Below, in pieces: positions 63,746 through 64,000 of a DNA stretch of 64,000 bases. The notes beneath the pieces are model-generated. The model worked only from the letters and a program-made list of their open reading frames with translations, did no database searches and was not told where the DNA came from. Position 1 is the stretch's first letter, and each line of letters starts with the position of its first letter. A program made the position numbers and the translations under genes. This DNA is from an uncultured archaeon (GTDB lineage: Archaea > Micrarchaeota > Micrarchaeia > Micrarchaeales > CABMGC01). The stretch is taken from assembly GCA_963787445.1 (NCBI GenBank), contig CAWBCT010000005.1:1-64000 (forward strand). Direction: 5' to 3'.

Positions 63746-64000
63746 TTAGAAAGCGGTCGCCAGCATGTCCTTGGCGTTCGAGGCATCGAAGAACCGGTCG
63801 GGGTTGATGATGATCGGCGGGATCGTCTCGCCGTTGCCGTACTTGTACATGATGTCGAAGGCCGCAGGTCCGAAGTGCGGGCTGCACTCGCACGTGCATC
63901 CCATCTTGCCGTCGATGATCGCCTGCACCGCGTCCTTTTCGCCGTCGATCGAAACGACGAGGATGTCGACGCCGGGCTTCTTGCCGGCGGCCTCGATCGC
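63746..64000 (-). CDS. ytfQ: 3' end of a sugar-binding periplasmic protein (YtfQ-like), truncated by the window edge
   Basis: IEAAGKKPGVDILVVSIDGEKDAVQAIIDGK...ECSPHFGP. Confidence 0.8.
   Translation of the reverse strand, partial: AIEAAGKKPGVDILVVSIDGEKDAVQAIIDGKMGCTCECSPHFGPAAFDIMYKYGNGETIPPIIINPDRFFDASNAKDMLATAF

Overview
The window is two unrelated genomes joined together, and it carries many long-read-type indels. Bases 1 to ~30,125 are a very high-GC actinobacterium, most like Thermoleophilia or Coriobacteriia. This part holds rpmE and rho, then a four-gene run of glycoside hydrolase, metallophosphoesterase, cpgS and 2-phosphoglycerate kinase (cyclic 2,3-diphosphoglycerate synthesis). 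It continues with lysA-hom-thrC, cobO, a GAF-GAF-GGDEF/DUF1638/nitrilase unit, a corrinoid protein, DUF47-pit and a B12 radical SAM. Last come an NlpC/P60 gene behind a shortened c-di-AMP-like riboswitch, pilT/U, and gltX'-cysS-rlmB-yacP-sigH. From ~30,125 onward the sequence is alphaproteobacterial (Rhodospirillales-like). It starts with 'dprA-plsY-'pyrC, then a second junction (~31,870) into a truncated two-partner secretion locus. Next are a ~2,000-aa RTX/metzincin/octapeptide-repeat protein and liv and dpp ABC transporters. It ends with a five-gene all-exported operon (TPR-trypsin, DUF4384, GNA1162-TPR, LPP20, TPR-caspase) and a ytfQRT-yjfF-type sugar ABC transporter. The best candidates for undescribed biology are the five-gene envelope protease/lipoprotein operon, the bacterial cDPG operon with a candidate cDPG hydrolase, the miniaturised ydaO-like RNA, and the giant repeat protein whose metzincin motif lacks the third His. 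All family assignments come from motif recognition by eye; no searches were run.
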